A stretch of 64,000 bases of DNA from an uncultured Anaerolinea sp. (lineage in GTDB: Bacteria; Chloroflexota; Anaerolineae; Anaerolineales; Villigracilaceae). The notes beneath the pieces are model-generated. The model worked only from the letters and a program-made list of their open reading frames with translations, did not search any database and had not been told where the DNA came from. Of this stretch, positions 1 through 10,187 are shown piece by piece; positions within the stretch are counted from its first letter, which is position 1; each line of letters begins with the position of its first letter. Both the position numbers and the translations under genes were made by a program. The stretch spans positions 502-64,501 of the forward strand of contig CAZHWV010000006.1 in NCBI GenBank assembly GCA_964536185.1. The letters run 5' to 3'.

Positions 1-360
1 TATGTGACCACTTTATTGGGGCGTCGGCGGTATTTTCCGGCGCTCAAGGGCTTGATGAACGTGCAATTGCGCAATCGTGAGGAGCGCGAGGCTATTAACG
101 CCCCCATCCAGGGTACAGCAGCGGATATTATGAAGTTGGCTATGTTGCGTGTTCCCTCGGCATTGCAGCAAGCTGGCCTGAAAGGGCAGATGCTCTTGCA
201 AGTCCATGATGAGATTGTGATAGAATGCCCTCAGTCCGAATTACAAGAGACTGCCCGGATCGTCCAACAAATCATGGAATCGGCCTACCCATTGAGTATT
301 CCACTTTCGACAGAGGCTCGTTCGGGCAAGAGTTGGGGCGCAATGCAAGTGATAGGCTGA
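1..360 (+). CDS. polA: DNA polymerase I, C-terminal fragment (5' end outside window)
   Basis: ORF is open to the left edge. It carries the family-A polymerase signatures INAPIQGTAADI and LQVHDEIV and a typical Pol I C-terminus. Stop at 358-360. Confidence 0.95.
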   Translation, partial: YVTTLLGRRRYFPALKGLMNVQLRNREEREAINAPIQGTAADIMKLAMLRVPSALQQAGLKGQMLLQVHDEIVIECPQSELQETARIVQQIMESAYPLSIPLSTEARSGKSWGAMQVIG

Positions 361-415
361 TTCGGCGGGCGCGGCGCCCTTGTGCCCCTTCTATTCAACG
401 AAAACTGGTGAAATT

Positions 416-2713
416 ATGGCAGGACGCGAAGATCTTTTCCAGAAAGCAATGAACGAAGGCCATTCAGCAGCCTGGGATCAAAACTGGGGGCTGGCATCCA
501 CGGCTTATTTGCAGGCCCTGGCCGAGCTTCCGGGTAATTTTAAGGCGCTGACTAGCTTTGCTCTGGCACAGTATCAGCTCCAAAATTATGATGAAGCCTT
601 GAAGGCTTATCTTCAGGCCGCCAGGGTTTCCCCAGATGACCCCATTGCCTTTGAGAAAATTTCCCAGATTAATGAACGTATGGGAAATCTCAAAGAAGCC
701 ATCCAGGCGGCTCTATATGCTGCGGAAATAAATTTAAAGCTCCGTGACGTGGAAAAGGCTGTTGAAAATTGGCTGATCGTTATTCAATTGGATCCGGAAA
801 ATCTTCAGGCGCATTCACGCCTGGCGTTGATTCATGAAAAGACCGGGCAACCCCGTCAGGCGACGGTTGATTACATTGCTGTGGCCAGTATTCTGCAAAA
901 CAGTGGCAATCCACAAAAAGCCCTGGATGTCTTAAAGCATGCCCTGCTGCTGGATTCTGAGAATAGGGACCTGCAGCAGGCAATGAACATGGTTAAATTA
1001 GGCCAGATTTTGCCAAAGCCGCTACGTCCCAAGGGTGGCACTGGCGCTTTGCGCATGGCGGCTGTGAAGGAACTGTCTACCCCCCAGGAACAGATTCAAG
1101 ATAGTCCGGACCCGGTTATTGAAGCGCGGCAAAAGGCTTTGAAAGTCTTTGCAGATGTGTTGTTTGATATGGAAGATGAGAGTAGCGACGCTGTGGTTCG
1201 GCGCGGGTTATCAGCGATTGCAAAAAGCGTTGACCAATCTAATTTGCAACAAGCGGAACACACAAAAATCCTGATGCATTTGAGCGAAGTTATTGATGCG
1301 CAAACAAAGGAAAACGAAGCTGCGGCCGTTGCAGAATTGGACCTTGCAATTCTATCCGGATTTCATCATCAGGCAGCTTATTTTGATCTTGGATTGATGC
1401 TCTCCAAAACAGATCAGCCGGAAATTGCGCTACGGAATCTTCAGCAGTGCATTAAGCACATTGATTATGCCTTGGCTGCTCGGCTGTTGAGTGGACAAAT
1501 TTTGCGCCGCCTGAAGCGCTCCAAGCAAGCCTCGGTTGAATATCTTGAAGCGCTGAAGCTGGCGGACGTTTCTGTGGTGGCTGCGGAACAGGCGGACAGT
1601 ACCCTGCAGTTGTATGAGCCTTTGATCGAATCGGTTGGGCGCGAAAATGATCCGGCTGTACAGGAAAAGCTGTGCGATAACGTTGAAGAGATGTTGATGC
1701 GCGTTAATTGGCGCCAGAACTTGAAAAAAATGCGCGCTGAAATGCCCAATTCTGACGGGCAGGCCTTGCCACTTGCTGAAATTATCATCCAGGCCCAATC
1801 CAGCCAGGTTATCGAAGCGATGAAGACGGTCAATGAACTGGCGCGCGCCAATCATTTGCGCTCGGCGATGGACGAGGCTTTTCATACACTTTTATATGCT
1901 CCAACCTACCTGCCTCTGCATATCCTGATCGCTGAACTGCTTATCCAGGAAGGGCGTAAAGCAGAAGCAATTAGCAAGTTCAGCACGGTTGCCAATTCGT
2001 ACAGCGTTCGCGGTGAAGGCGCCCAGGCTACAATTGTTCTCCGCCGTGTGATCCAGCTTTCGCCCATGGATTTGACCTCGCGTGATCGCTTGATCGAGCA
2101 GTTGGTGGCTCGCGGTCAGGTGGATGAGGCTATTGTTGAATATATAGATCTGGCTGATATTTATTATCGTCTTGCTGAACTCGATATGGCGCGCAAGGCA
2201 TTCACCACCGCTCTGCGCCTGGCCCAGCAGCCAAACGCAAACCGCGCCTGGAGCGTGAAGATCCTTCAGCGTATGGCCGATATTGATATGCAGCGCCTTG
2301 ATTGGCGTCAGGCGATTCGCGTATATGAACAGATTTGCACTCTTACCCCTGGCGATGTGAGCATCCGCGAGAATCTGATTGAAATAAATCTGCGCCTGGC
2401 TCAAATCCCGCAGGCACAGATGGAATTGGAATCGTTCATTGCATATCTGGAACGTAATCAGCGCGAGGAAATAATTCCATTTGTGCAAAAACTTCTTGAT
2501 GACCATCCTGACCAGCTCATGATCCACCGTGTGCTGGCGGAACAACTGCACAAAAATGGGCAGACTGCCGAAGCCATTGCCCATCTGGATGTGGTTGGGG
2601 ATAAGCTACTTGAAGCGGGAGATAAAACCGGACTTGTTGCAGTGGTTAACCAGATATTGATGATGAACCCGCCTAATGCGGATGAATACCGCTCCTTGCT
2701 AGCGAGGGGATAA
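416..2713 (+). CDS. Tetratricopeptide-repeat (TPR) protein
   Basis: About 765-aa ORF with recurring 34-aa TPR-like units (e.g. YDEALKAYLQAARVSPDDP, LKEAIQAALYAAEINL). ATG at 416 is preferred over the upstream in-frame ATG at 380 in the ORF track. Confidence 0.8.
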   Translation: MAGREDLFQKAMNEGHSAAWDQNWGLASTAYLQALAELPGNFKALTSFALAQYQLQNYDEALKAYLQAARVSPDDPIAFEKISQINERMGNLKEAIQAALYAAEINLKLRDVEKAVENWLIVIQLDPENLQAHSRLALIHEKTGQPRQATVDYIAVASILQNSGNPQKALDVLKHALLLDSENRDLQQAMNMVKLGQILPKPLRPKGGTGALRMAAVKELSTPQEQIQDSPDPVIEARQKALKVFADVLFDMEDESSDAVVRRGLSAIAKSVDQSNLQQAEHTKILMHLSEVIDAQTKENEAAAVAELDLAILSGFHHQAAYFDLGLMLSKTDQPEIALRNLQQCIKHIDYALAARLLSGQILRRLKRSKQASVEYLEALKLADVSVVAAEQADSTLQLYEPLIESVGRENDPAVQEKLCDNVEEMLMRVNWRQNLKKMRAEMPNSDGQALPLAEIIIQAQSSQVIEAMKTVNELARANHLRSAMDEAFHTLLYAPTYLPLHILIAELLIQEGRKAEAISKFSTVANSYSVRGEGAQATIVLRRVIQLSPMDLTSRDRLIEQLVARGQVDEAIVEYIDLADIYYRLAELDMARKAFTTALRLAQQPNANRAWSVKILQRMADIDMQRLDWRQAIRVYEQICTLTPGDVSIRENLIEINLRLAQIPQAQMELESFIAYLERNQREEIIPFVQKLLDDHPDQLMIHRVLAEQLHKNGQTAEAIAHLDVVGDKLLEAGDKTGLVAVVNQILMMNPPNADEYRSLLARG

Positions 2714-2739
2714 TATGTAACGGCTGATTTATGCGCGTG

Positions 2740-5085
2740 TCACTTGTGTTCAGATGTGATCCACAACTGCTGGCCGTTACTTGCCAGGTCGATCCAGCCA
2801 CTCTGATCGGTACGGATTAATTTTATTTTATCGAATGCGCTAAGCACCTCCGCAAAGGGCAAGCCGTTTGGATCTCCGGCAGCCACGCTGAGAATGGCAA
2901 TCTGCGGTTTGAGATTTTCCAGCCATTCAGGCGGATTGGATGGGGCATAGCCGCTTTCAGAAATCAACAGAGCAGTTACCGGGGCAAGATCCCTGCCGTT
3001 ATTTAACTCTGCGAAAACGTCATAATTTACGCCAATGGGTAGGATTATTTTAAATTTGTCCAGCGTGATGCTGAGCACTGCTCCACGCGCAGACACCGCC
3101 AGGATTTGAAGTGTGACTCCATCGCCCAGGTCAAAGCTGGTTTCTTTTTCGATAAATTTTAGGGGGATACGCGTGGTCGTTAGCCATTCCATCAGTCGTT
3201 GAGAAGAGAAAGAGGCCTGTGGGTTACCTGTCCACAGTATGGATTTGGGCTGGTACTGTTCCACTACCCGCGGCAAGGCTGCCACCTGGTTTTCCTGCGT
3301 CGATGCCACCACCAGGTAGTCGATGTTTCGATTAAACGGTGGGATGCGCCGCCCGATCTGGTTGGCTAATGCAGATGGGCTTTCGCCGCCATTGATCAGC
3401 ACCAACCGCCCGCTGGGTGTTGTGATCAAAATGCCATCAGCGGATCCAACGTCGAGGAACAATAGATGTAGGCGGCCATCTGGCATGCTTAGCACAGATC
3501 GCCACGTTAAAAAGGTCAAAACTGCCAATATTGAAAACACAACTGTCGGAGTTGCGATTCCCTTCAAGCGGGGCCAGGTCAGGGTCACGCCGAACAGAAT
3601 TAAATAAAAAAGGATCGCAACCAACAAGCTGAATTCCCCCAGGATGAGAACCCCACCTGGGAATTTGTCGAAAAATTCGACCATGCGGATGGTGTAAGCC
3701 GCAAATGGCCAGGTCAACCAGGCAACCACTTCACCGAGCGGCATATACACCTTGCTGATGGCCACAGCCAGCCCGCCAAGCACCATTACAGCAGGTTGGG
3801 CAGGCAGGATGATCGGGTTCGCAATAAAAGAGACCAGGGATATGCGCCCAAAGTGATAAATACTGACTGGCAGGGTGGTGAGCTGTGCAGCAAAAGTCAG
3901 CAGGAAGTAATTGGATAGCGGACCAATAAATATTTCTACATTGGCAGGCGGAAAATAACGCGAGAGAAAGTTACTGGCAGCATCCTGCAAGGGTTGGGAA
4001 TAGAATACCAGTCCAAGGGTGGCTGCAAAGGAAAGCTGAAAGCCAATATCCCAGAGGACCAATGGATTGAGCAGTGCCATTATCAGCGCAGAGGTTGACA
4101 GTGCAGTTAACGCCAGGTTTCGGCGTCCAAACAGCCCTCCGATGACTGCCAGGCTACCCATGATGGCCGCCCGCACTACCGACGCGCTGGCCCCCACCAG
4201 GAGTGTATAAAAGATGATACCCAGGATGGCCAACAGCGAGCCCCATTTTTTGCCGAAGAGCTGGCTGAAAAGCATGACAAAGACTGCCGCGACGATTGCG
4301 ATATTAAATCCCGAAATGGCGATGATGTGCGAGGTGCCTGTATTCTTGAAGGCCTGCTGCACTTTTTCGGGAATATTATTGTCTACGCCCAGTAATATCC
4401 CAGCCAGGAGTGAGGCTTCCGGGTCTGGAAACAGCTTGTAAACCCTATCGAGCAGGCTGTGATTAAGTCGATACATCAATGCCCAAAATGGATTTGTATC
4501 CTTGCCGGGTAGAATGGTCATGCTGGCGGCTTGCATTCTGGAATGGATCCCTTGCAGCGCCAGGTAGTCGCGGTAGGAGAATTCTTCGGTCTCGCGAGGA
4601 GTCTGCAAGTAGCCACGAACTCTGACCTGGTCTCCGTAGGCCAGGCTGTATTCTTTTGTGGTGTTTACCAATAGGTCGCCGTTTGCCTGGATATCGCCCT
4701 GACCAGTGTCGATGGTCGTGACCTTCAGGCGAAAATTAATGGATGTATCCTGTACGTCAGGTTGTTCCGCAATTGTGCCCGTGACGTAGACCCTGCGATC
4801 TAGATCATTGTAATAAGAGATAAATGTTGGGGTAATGACCGGTTGAACCATCTGGTAGCGTGCCGCGCCCAGCAAGAGAAAACCCGGTAAGAGCAGCATG
4901 GCGTATGACCATTGCGGGCGCATGCGGTGCAGTGCCAGGGCTGCAATCAGCCCGAGAAATGCAAGTGAAAACCAGAGTAGGGTTGGCAGAGCCAACAGGC
5001 TGGCGAGAATAATGCCACCTATCAGCGCAGCCGAGAACCAGACTAGCGGGGAATTCGTAATTTGATCAGAGAAGGATGATTTCAC
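2740..5085 (-). CDS. comEC: ComEC/Rec2 DNA internalisation channel protein with C-terminal metallo-beta-lactamase-like domain
   Basis: 781-aa polytopic membrane protein. Competence-domain signature GTSHIIAISGFNIAIV is present. C-terminal block LLFLDVGSADGILITTPSGRLVLINGG matches the ComEC MBL domain. GTG start. Confidence 0.9.
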   Translation of the reverse strand: MKSSFSDQITNSPLVWFSAALIGGIILASLLALPTLLWFSLAFLGLIAALALHRMRPQWSYAMLLLPGFLLLGAARYQMVQPVITPTFISYYNDLDRRVYVTGTIAEQPDVQDTSINFRLKVTTIDTGQGDIQANGDLLVNTTKEYSLAYGDQVRVRGYLQTPRETEEFSYRDYLALQGIHSRMQAASMTILPGKDTNPFWALMYRLNHSLLDRVYKLFPDPEASLLAGILLGVDNNIPEKVQQAFKNTGTSHIIAISGFNIAIVAAVFVMLFSQLFGKKWGSLLAILGIIFYTLLVGASASVVRAAIMGSLAVIGGLFGRRNLALTALSTSALIMALLNPLVLWDIGFQLSFAATLGLVFYSQPLQDAASNFLSRYFPPANVEIFIGPLSNYFLLTFAAQLTTLPVSIYHFGRISLVSFIANPIILPAQPAVMVLGGLAVAISKVYMPLGEVVAWLTWPFAAYTIRMVEFFDKFPGGVLILGEFSLLVAILFYLILFGVTLTWPRLKGIATPTVVFSILAVLTFLTWRSVLSMPDGRLHLLFLDVGSADGILITTPSGRLVLINGGESPSALANQIGRRIPPFNRNIDYLVVASTQENQVAALPRVVEQYQPKSILWTGNPQASFSSQRLMEWLTTTRIPLKFIEKETSFDLGDGVTLQILAVSARGAVLSITLDKFKIILPIGVNYDVFAELNNGRDLAPVTALLISESGYAPSNPPEWLENLKPQIAILSVAAGDPNGLPFAEVLSAFDKIKLIRTDQSGWIDLASNGQQLWITSEHK

Positions 5086-5187
5086 GTGGTGATTTTACAT
5101 CAAAAATGCCAGGCAAACTGGTTCCGGTCTCACTCTAAAGCGCCTGACCATGGGTCTGCCAGCCTGGCAGCCCCAGCCCTTTTTTGA

Positions 5188-5712
5188 TTACCGGCCTCCC
5201 ATCCAGGTTGGCCATTTTCTGACCGGGGTTGGGTTGATTTTTTCAATTGCCTGGCGCACTTCATCGCAAAACTTTAGGGCCTCTGGTTCTGGACCTAATC
5301 CGAGGACACCGCGAATGTTCCCTTTTGAATCTTCAATCAGCCCGTTTACCTCCAGCCCCATATCTTTTGAAAACTGCGAGACATGCGCTTTTGCTTGAAT
5401 ATTCATCAGCTCAGCCCCAACCACACGCACACCTGGGAGACCCTGATTCACGTCACCGGTGGAGCGAGCCCAGATCAGTGACTGGGTTGTGAGTACAATG
5501 CCTGTCAAAACCGTTTCATCCAGGTTGCCATCCAGCCAGGAAGGTATCCAACCGCCGGCCTTCTTTTCAGAAATTGTTTCAACGCATAGCACAGCTTCCG
5601 ATTCAAGCTCGCCTAAGTTGTGCTTTTGGAAATATTCGCGCAGGGCTTGCTGCAGCTCGGGCTTGAATTGACTCACCGAACATTCTCGCGTAGAGCGTTG
5701 ATATTTGCTCAT
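5188..5712 (-). CDS. Hypothetical cytoplasmic protein (no recognisable domain)
   Basis: 174-aa ORF with ATG start preceded by AAAGGAAAA. Same strand as comEC and immediately upstream of it. I recognise no motif. Confidence 0.6.
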   Translation of the reverse strand: MSKYQRSTRECSVSQFKPELQQALREYFQKHNLGELESEAVLCVETISEKKAGGWIPSWLDGNLDETVLTGIVLTTQSLIWARSTGDVNQGLPGVRVVGAELMNIQAKAHVSQFSKDMGLEVNGLIEDSKGNIRGVLGLGPEPEALKFCDEVRQAIEKINPTPVRKWPTWMGGR

Positions 5713-5830
5713 GGTTTTCCTTTGGATGGATTAAGCCATTTGCCGATAAAATGGATATTGCTATGAATCGGCGCACTTGTTGATAGAATATAGCCTATTG
5801 TATAGCATTTCTAGCGAACCTGGAACTATC

Positions 5831-7351
5831 ATGAATTCTGATTTGAATACAACCAGCCATATAAAAGACAAACCCGTTCTTGTGACCGGCGCAACTGGTT
5901 ATGTTGGTGGCCGCCTCATCCCGCGTTTGCTTGAAGCGGGCTACGCAGTGCGGGTATTGGCGCGTGATCCGGCGCGTTTGCAAGGCCGGCCCTGGTTGGA
6001 AAGAGTCGAGGTAATCCAAGGCGATGCCCTGCAGCCGGAGACTCTCGTTCCCGCGCTGGCGGGCGTCTCTGTGGCTTATTTCCTGATCCACGGTATGCAG
6101 GGCGGCAAGGGTTATGCCGAACGCGATTTGACGGTTGCGCGTAACTTTGTCCAGGCGGCCGGGGCTGCCAATATTGCGCGGATCATTTACCTGGGCGAGC
6201 TGGTCGATCCCACTGCCCGACTCTCGCCTTATCTGCGTTCCCGTCACGAGACCGGTTACATCCTTCGCCAGGGGCGAGTTCCGGTAACCGAATTTCGTGC
6301 CGGCATGATTGTCGGTTCTGGCAGTGTCCTGTTCGAAATGGTTCGCTATCTTGCAGAGCGTGAACCCATTCTGATTTGTCCACGCTGGTTATTTTCCAAA
6401 GCCCAGCCGATCGCCATCCGGAATGTGCTCGAGTACCTGGTCGGCGCGCTGGCCCAGCCCGAAAGCATCGGTCAGTTGATTGAAATTGGCGGCGCCACCC
6501 GGCTTACTTATGCGGATATGCTGCTGGAATATGCCAAAATTCGTGGTCTGAAGCGTTATCTGCTGCCAACACCGGTTTACGCCCCACATCTTTCTGCCTA
6601 TTGGATCCATCTGGTCACGCCGGTTACTTACAATGCCGTCCTGCCATTGATTGAAGGTTTGCATGCGGATTCCATTGTCAATAATGACCTGGCAAAGCAG
6701 CTTTTCCCCATCGTCGAATTGCTCAATTTTGAGACAGCGGTACGCTATGCCCTGATAAAGATCGAAGCCGGGGATATTCAATCTTCGTGGAGCGATGCGC
6801 TCGTCACCAGCGCAGGTGATATCCAGCCTTACCAGTTTGAGGTGCAACAGGGAATGTTTATCGAAAAACGCCAGCGTCTGGTGAGTCTTCCTGTCCAGGT
6901 TGTTTTTCGTTCTTTTTGCGGTATCGGCGGCCAACGCGGTTGGTTGTATATGGACTGGGCCTGGGCTATCCGGGGTTGGCTGGATAAAATCATCGGCGGG
7001 GTGGGCTTGCGTCGTGGACGTCGCCACCCTGACGATATTTGGGTGGGAGAATCTCTTGATTTTTGGCGTGTGGAAGCCGTCAGCCCCAATCACTCGATGC
7101 GTCTGCGCGCCGAGATGAAATTGCCTGGTAAGGCCTGGTTGGAGTTTCAATGTACCCCACAGGAGAACGGGCAAACTCTGCTGACGATCAGCGCATATTT
7201 CGATGCGCACGGTCTGTTCGGATTTCTTTACTGGTATGCCATGTGGCCTTTTCACAAGTTCATATTTGACGGATTGACACGCGAGATAGCCAGGCGCGCG
7301 CAGGAAATTTATTCCGCCGAGCGGGCCAGCTCTGACCTGCAGCGCACATAA
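5831..7351 (+). CDS. NAD(P)-binding SDR-like protein with C-terminal DUF2867-like domain
   Basis: N-terminal Rossmann motif VLVTGATGYVGGRL. The C-terminal block GKAWLEFQCTP...FGFLYWYAMWPFHKFIFDGL is shared with the downstream paralogue. Start chosen at ATG 5831; TTG 5777 is possible. Confidence 0.8.
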   Translation: MNSDLNTTSHIKDKPVLVTGATGYVGGRLIPRLLEAGYAVRVLARDPARLQGRPWLERVEVIQGDALQPETLVPALAGVSVAYFLIHGMQGGKGYAERDLTVARNFVQAAGAANIARIIYLGELVDPTARLSPYLRSRHETGYILRQGRVPVTEFRAGMIVGSGSVLFEMVRYLAEREPILICPRWLFSKAQPIAIRNVLEYLVGALAQPESIGQLIEIGGATRLTYADMLLEYAKIRGLKRYLLPTPVYAPHLSAYWIHLVTPVTYNAVLPLIEGLHADSIVNNDLAKQLFPIVELLNFETAVRYALIKIEAGDIQSSWSDALVTSAGDIQPYQFEVQQGMFIEKRQRLVSLPVQVVFRSFCGIGGQRGWLYMDWAWAIRGWLDKIIGGVGLRRGRRHPDDIWVGESLDFWRVEAVSPNHSMRLRAEMKLPGKAWLEFQCTPQENGQTLLTISAYFDAHGLFGFLYWYAMWPFHKFIFDGLTREIARRAQEIYSAERASSDLQRT

Positions 7352-7393
7352 CGTAAAGTCGTTTCAATCATAGCCCTGAACCCAGGTAGGCCA

Positions 7394-8752
7394 ATGCCCC
7401 CAACTATCCTTGTTACCGGCGCCACCGGTTATATCGCCAGCAGATTGATCCCACGCCTACTCAAAGCGGGTTATCGCGTCCGGTGTCTGGCTCGCAACCC
7501 TGCCCGTTTGGCGGGTCGGTATTGGTATCCTAAAGTCCAGGTGATACCAGGGGATGTAACCCAACCATCAACGCTGCCTGCGGCTATGCAGGGGGTCAGC
7601 GCTGCCTTTTATCTCATCCATAGTATGTCAGCCGGTCACAATTATGACCGTCTTGACCTGCAATCTGCGCGCAATTTTGCGCAGGCAGCCAAAGTTGCAG
7701 GTGTGCAGCATATTATTTATTTGGGTGGACTGGCTGATCCCAACGAAACCGGTCTCGCCCGGCATTTGAAATCGCGCATCGAAAGCGGCGACGCTTTGCG
7801 AGAAGCGGGTGTGCCTGTCACCGAATTTCGCGCAGGTGTCATTGTCGGCCCCGGTTCGGTCTCCTTCGAAATGATTCGCTTTATTGCCGAGCAATTCCCG
7901 CTTATGATTGGTCCCAACTGGCTTCGACATCATTCCCAGCCCATTGCTACCCATAATGTGCTCGACTTTCTGGTGGCGGCTCTGACTACCCTGGAGGCGC
8001 GTGGTCAGGTTGTTGAGTTAGGCGGCCAGGAAATTTACACTTACATCGATGTCATGTATCGTTATGCCCAGATCCGTGGTCTAAAGCGCTGGCCGTTTCT
8101 GCTGCCCTTTGTCCCAGTCCGGTTGATGGCCTTCTTTATTGACCTGTTGACTCCTGTCGAAAGTTCATACGCTTTTCCACTTGTGGAAGGCTTGCAAAAT
8201 GATAGCCTGGTTCTTGACCGTCGACCGCTCAGTCTTTTCCCTGATATCGAGCTTCTCGATTTTGCTTCGGCTGTCCGGCGTGCCCTGATCGATACCCATC
8301 CAATTGAAATGGAGCGCATCTGGCTCGATCTGGACAAAGATAGTATCGAGATCAAGCACGAAGGCATGTTCATCGATTATCGTCGCCTGCGGGTTAACGC
8401 TCCACCAGCCTCCGTTTTCAGCGATCTTCAGCAGTTCGTGCCAGCGGATTCTGCCTGGAAAATTCCCGGCAGAGCTGCGGGTCGATTGGCCACGCAGGGC
8501 GTGGGATTTATACGTTCTTTTGAGATGGATTTTCTAAATGGAGATACTCTACGCCTGAAGGTCGCCCAGGCCATCCCGGGTGAGGCCTGGTTGGAGTGGA
8601 AGGTGACACCTGCTGAGGATGGCTCGCTTCTCGAACAAACCGTTTTCTTCGCGCCAAAAGGCCTGCCGGGCTTTCTCAGCTGGTATTTGCTTAATCCCTT
8701 TCATCGCCGAATTTTTGGTAAACTCATTCGGAGATTAGCTATGCGGGTATGA
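7394..8752 (+). CDS. NAD(P)-binding SDR-like protein with C-terminal DUF2867-like domain (paralogue)
   Basis: ILVTGATGYIASRL Rossmann motif. C-terminal GEAWLEWKVTP...PGFLSWYLLNPFHRRIFGKL. SD AGGTAGG lies upstream of the ATG. Collinear similarity to 5831-7351. Confidence 0.85.
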   Translation: MPPTILVTGATGYIASRLIPRLLKAGYRVRCLARNPARLAGRYWYPKVQVIPGDVTQPSTLPAAMQGVSAAFYLIHSMSAGHNYDRLDLQSARNFAQAAKVAGVQHIIYLGGLADPNETGLARHLKSRIESGDALREAGVPVTEFRAGVIVGPGSVSFEMIRFIAEQFPLMIGPNWLRHHSQPIATHNVLDFLVAALTTLEARGQVVELGGQEIYTYIDVMYRYAQIRGLKRWPFLLPFVPVRLMAFFIDLLTPVESSYAFPLVEGLQNDSLVLDRRPLSLFPDIELLDFASAVRRALIDTHPIEMERIWLDLDKDSIEIKHEGMFIDYRRLRVNAPPASVFSDLQQFVPADSAWKIPGRAAGRLATQGVGFIRSFEMDFLNGDTLRLKVAQAIPGEAWLEWKVTPAEDGSLLEQTVFFAPKGLPGFLSWYLLNPFHRRIFGKLIRRLAMRV

Positions 8753-9924
8753 AATCTATTCAGGCAATATTGACGGTTGTTATAGCTTCTGGCCTGATCA
8801 TCCTGGCCTTATCTTTCTTCGCGCCTATGCCAGTCCCCTATTTTCAGGATTTTTCGGTGATGTATTTCACCAACAAAGCTCTCTTAAGCGGCATCCCTAT
8901 TTATGCCTATCCGGCGCAACTGACCTTCATCAAAACATTGACGCCGCCAAATTTTACCTATCATCCTTTTCCCTATCCGCCCTGGTACGCGCTTTCGACG
9001 CTTTTCATCGGTTTGCTGCCGATACAGGTGGCTGCGCGAGTCTGGTTTTCCCTGAATATCGCTATGCTCAGCCTGTCAGCCTGGCTGCTGACACCTGGTT
9101 GGAAGGCCTTCCCGCGCCTCCTGGGGGTTTGCGCCACGATCCTATTTATTCCGACTTTTGGATTGCTGGTGGTGGGGCAGTATTCAGTCCCGGTGTTGCT
9201 TGGCGCGGCCCTGTTCGTGCATGCCGCCAGGCAAAAAAAATCCTTCTGGTTGGCTGTTGCCCTGTCCCTGATGACCTTCAAGCCCCATATCGGCGGGTTT
9301 CTGTTCCTGGCTGGTTTCACCTGGCTGGTTTTTGAGAGATCGTCCTTTGCGCGGCGCGCTCTGTGGTTGACTGTCATCGCAGGAGTATTCCTGGCGGGCA
9401 TGGGTTTTTTGGCTGACCCGGCCTGGCCGTTGACGTATGTCCAGTCTCTGGGTCGTTACCGCGAAATTCCAGGCGTGCAGACTTGTGGAATATGTGCCAG
9501 CCTGTCAGTGGCATTTGTAAAGGTGATCACCGGCCAATCGAATACTGCCGCTGCGGCCGGGGCGAGTTTCGGGTTGGCACTGCTGGCGGGAATCTTGCTT
9601 TTGAGAGGCTATCGTCCTTTCCTAAAAGACCCCGCTTTTTTGATGACGATATTTGCCACATTGACCTTGTTGATCGACCCATATTTGTATAATTATGATT
9701 ATGTCCTACTACTGATGCCGCTCTTCTGGTTGGCTCGCCGTACCCGCCTGGTTTGGCTGGTCTATTTTTTCCCCTGGGTGGTCTTGGCCCTGGGACGGGA
9801 TGCCAATGATTTATTAGCGCTGGCCGGATTAGGCACATTCCTCCTGATATTACGGTACGCCAGATTCCCGTTCGCACATGGGATTGACGCGAATCCTGGA
9901 GAGGCATACAATAAGATTAATTAA
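8749..9924 (+). CDS. Polytopic membrane glycosyltransferase, GT87/DUF2029-like
   Basis: 391 aa with at least 10 hydrophobic segments. Motifs: DF near the N-terminus, YHPFPYPPWY, VVGQYS and TFKPHIGG, as in GT87 family members. The start ATG overlaps the preceding stop (ATGA at 8749-8752). Confidence 0.7.
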   Translation: MKSIQAILTVVIASGLIILALSFFAPMPVPYFQDFSVMYFTNKALLSGIPIYAYPAQLTFIKTLTPPNFTYHPFPYPPWYALSTLFIGLLPIQVAARVWFSLNIAMLSLSAWLLTPGWKAFPRLLGVCATILFIPTFGLLVVGQYSVPVLLGAALFVHAARQKKSFWLAVALSLMTFKPHIGGFLFLAGFTWLVFERSSFARRALWLTVIAGVFLAGMGFLADPAWPLTYVQSLGRYREIPGVQTCGICASLSVAFVKVITGQSNTAAAAGASFGLALLAGILLLRGYRPFLKDPAFLMTIFATLTLLIDPYLYNYDYVLLLMPLFWLARRTRLVWLVYFFPWVVLALGRDANDLLALAGLGTFLLILRYARFPFAHGIDANPGEAYNKIN

Positions 9925-9930
9925 CTAAAC

Positions 9931-10060
9931 AACGGTCAGGGTGCCTTTTCCCCCGGATGGGAAGGCTCAATGGCGAAGCCGGTTAAAGTCCGGCACTGTC
10001 GCGCAACTGTGATTCAGGTGTTGGTTCACCAACTCTGATCAGTCAGGTCGCCCGCCCTCA
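9931..10060 (+). promoter_or_regulatory. Cobalamin (B12) riboswitch aptamer
   Basis: Contains GGTGCC...GGGAAG...GAAGCCGGTTAAAGTCCGGCACTGTCGCGCAACTGTGA and a B12-box-like CAGTCAGGTCGCCCGCC (about 10040-10057). Sits directly upstream of a btuF-like gene. Confidence 0.8.
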
Positions 10061-10128
10061 CCGCTGGTTTTCCACTCTCTCGCAGAAAGGAGGTGGGACC
10101 GGCGTAATTCCTGAGATCGCCCTCCCCC

Positions 10129-10155
10129 TCCCCTGTCCACAAGGCAGGGGATTTT
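10129..10155 (+). terminator. Intrinsic terminator (putative riboswitch expression platform)
   Basis: Stem TCCCCTGTC / GGCAGGGGA (9 bp including one G-U) with a 5-nt loop, followed by TTTT. Located between the aptamer and the btuF-like start. The upstream GGAGGTGGG could pair with the CCCTCCCC tract as an anti-terminator. Confidence 0.6.
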
Positions 10156-10187
10156 GATTCAACCACTTAAAATTACGGAGAATTTGC

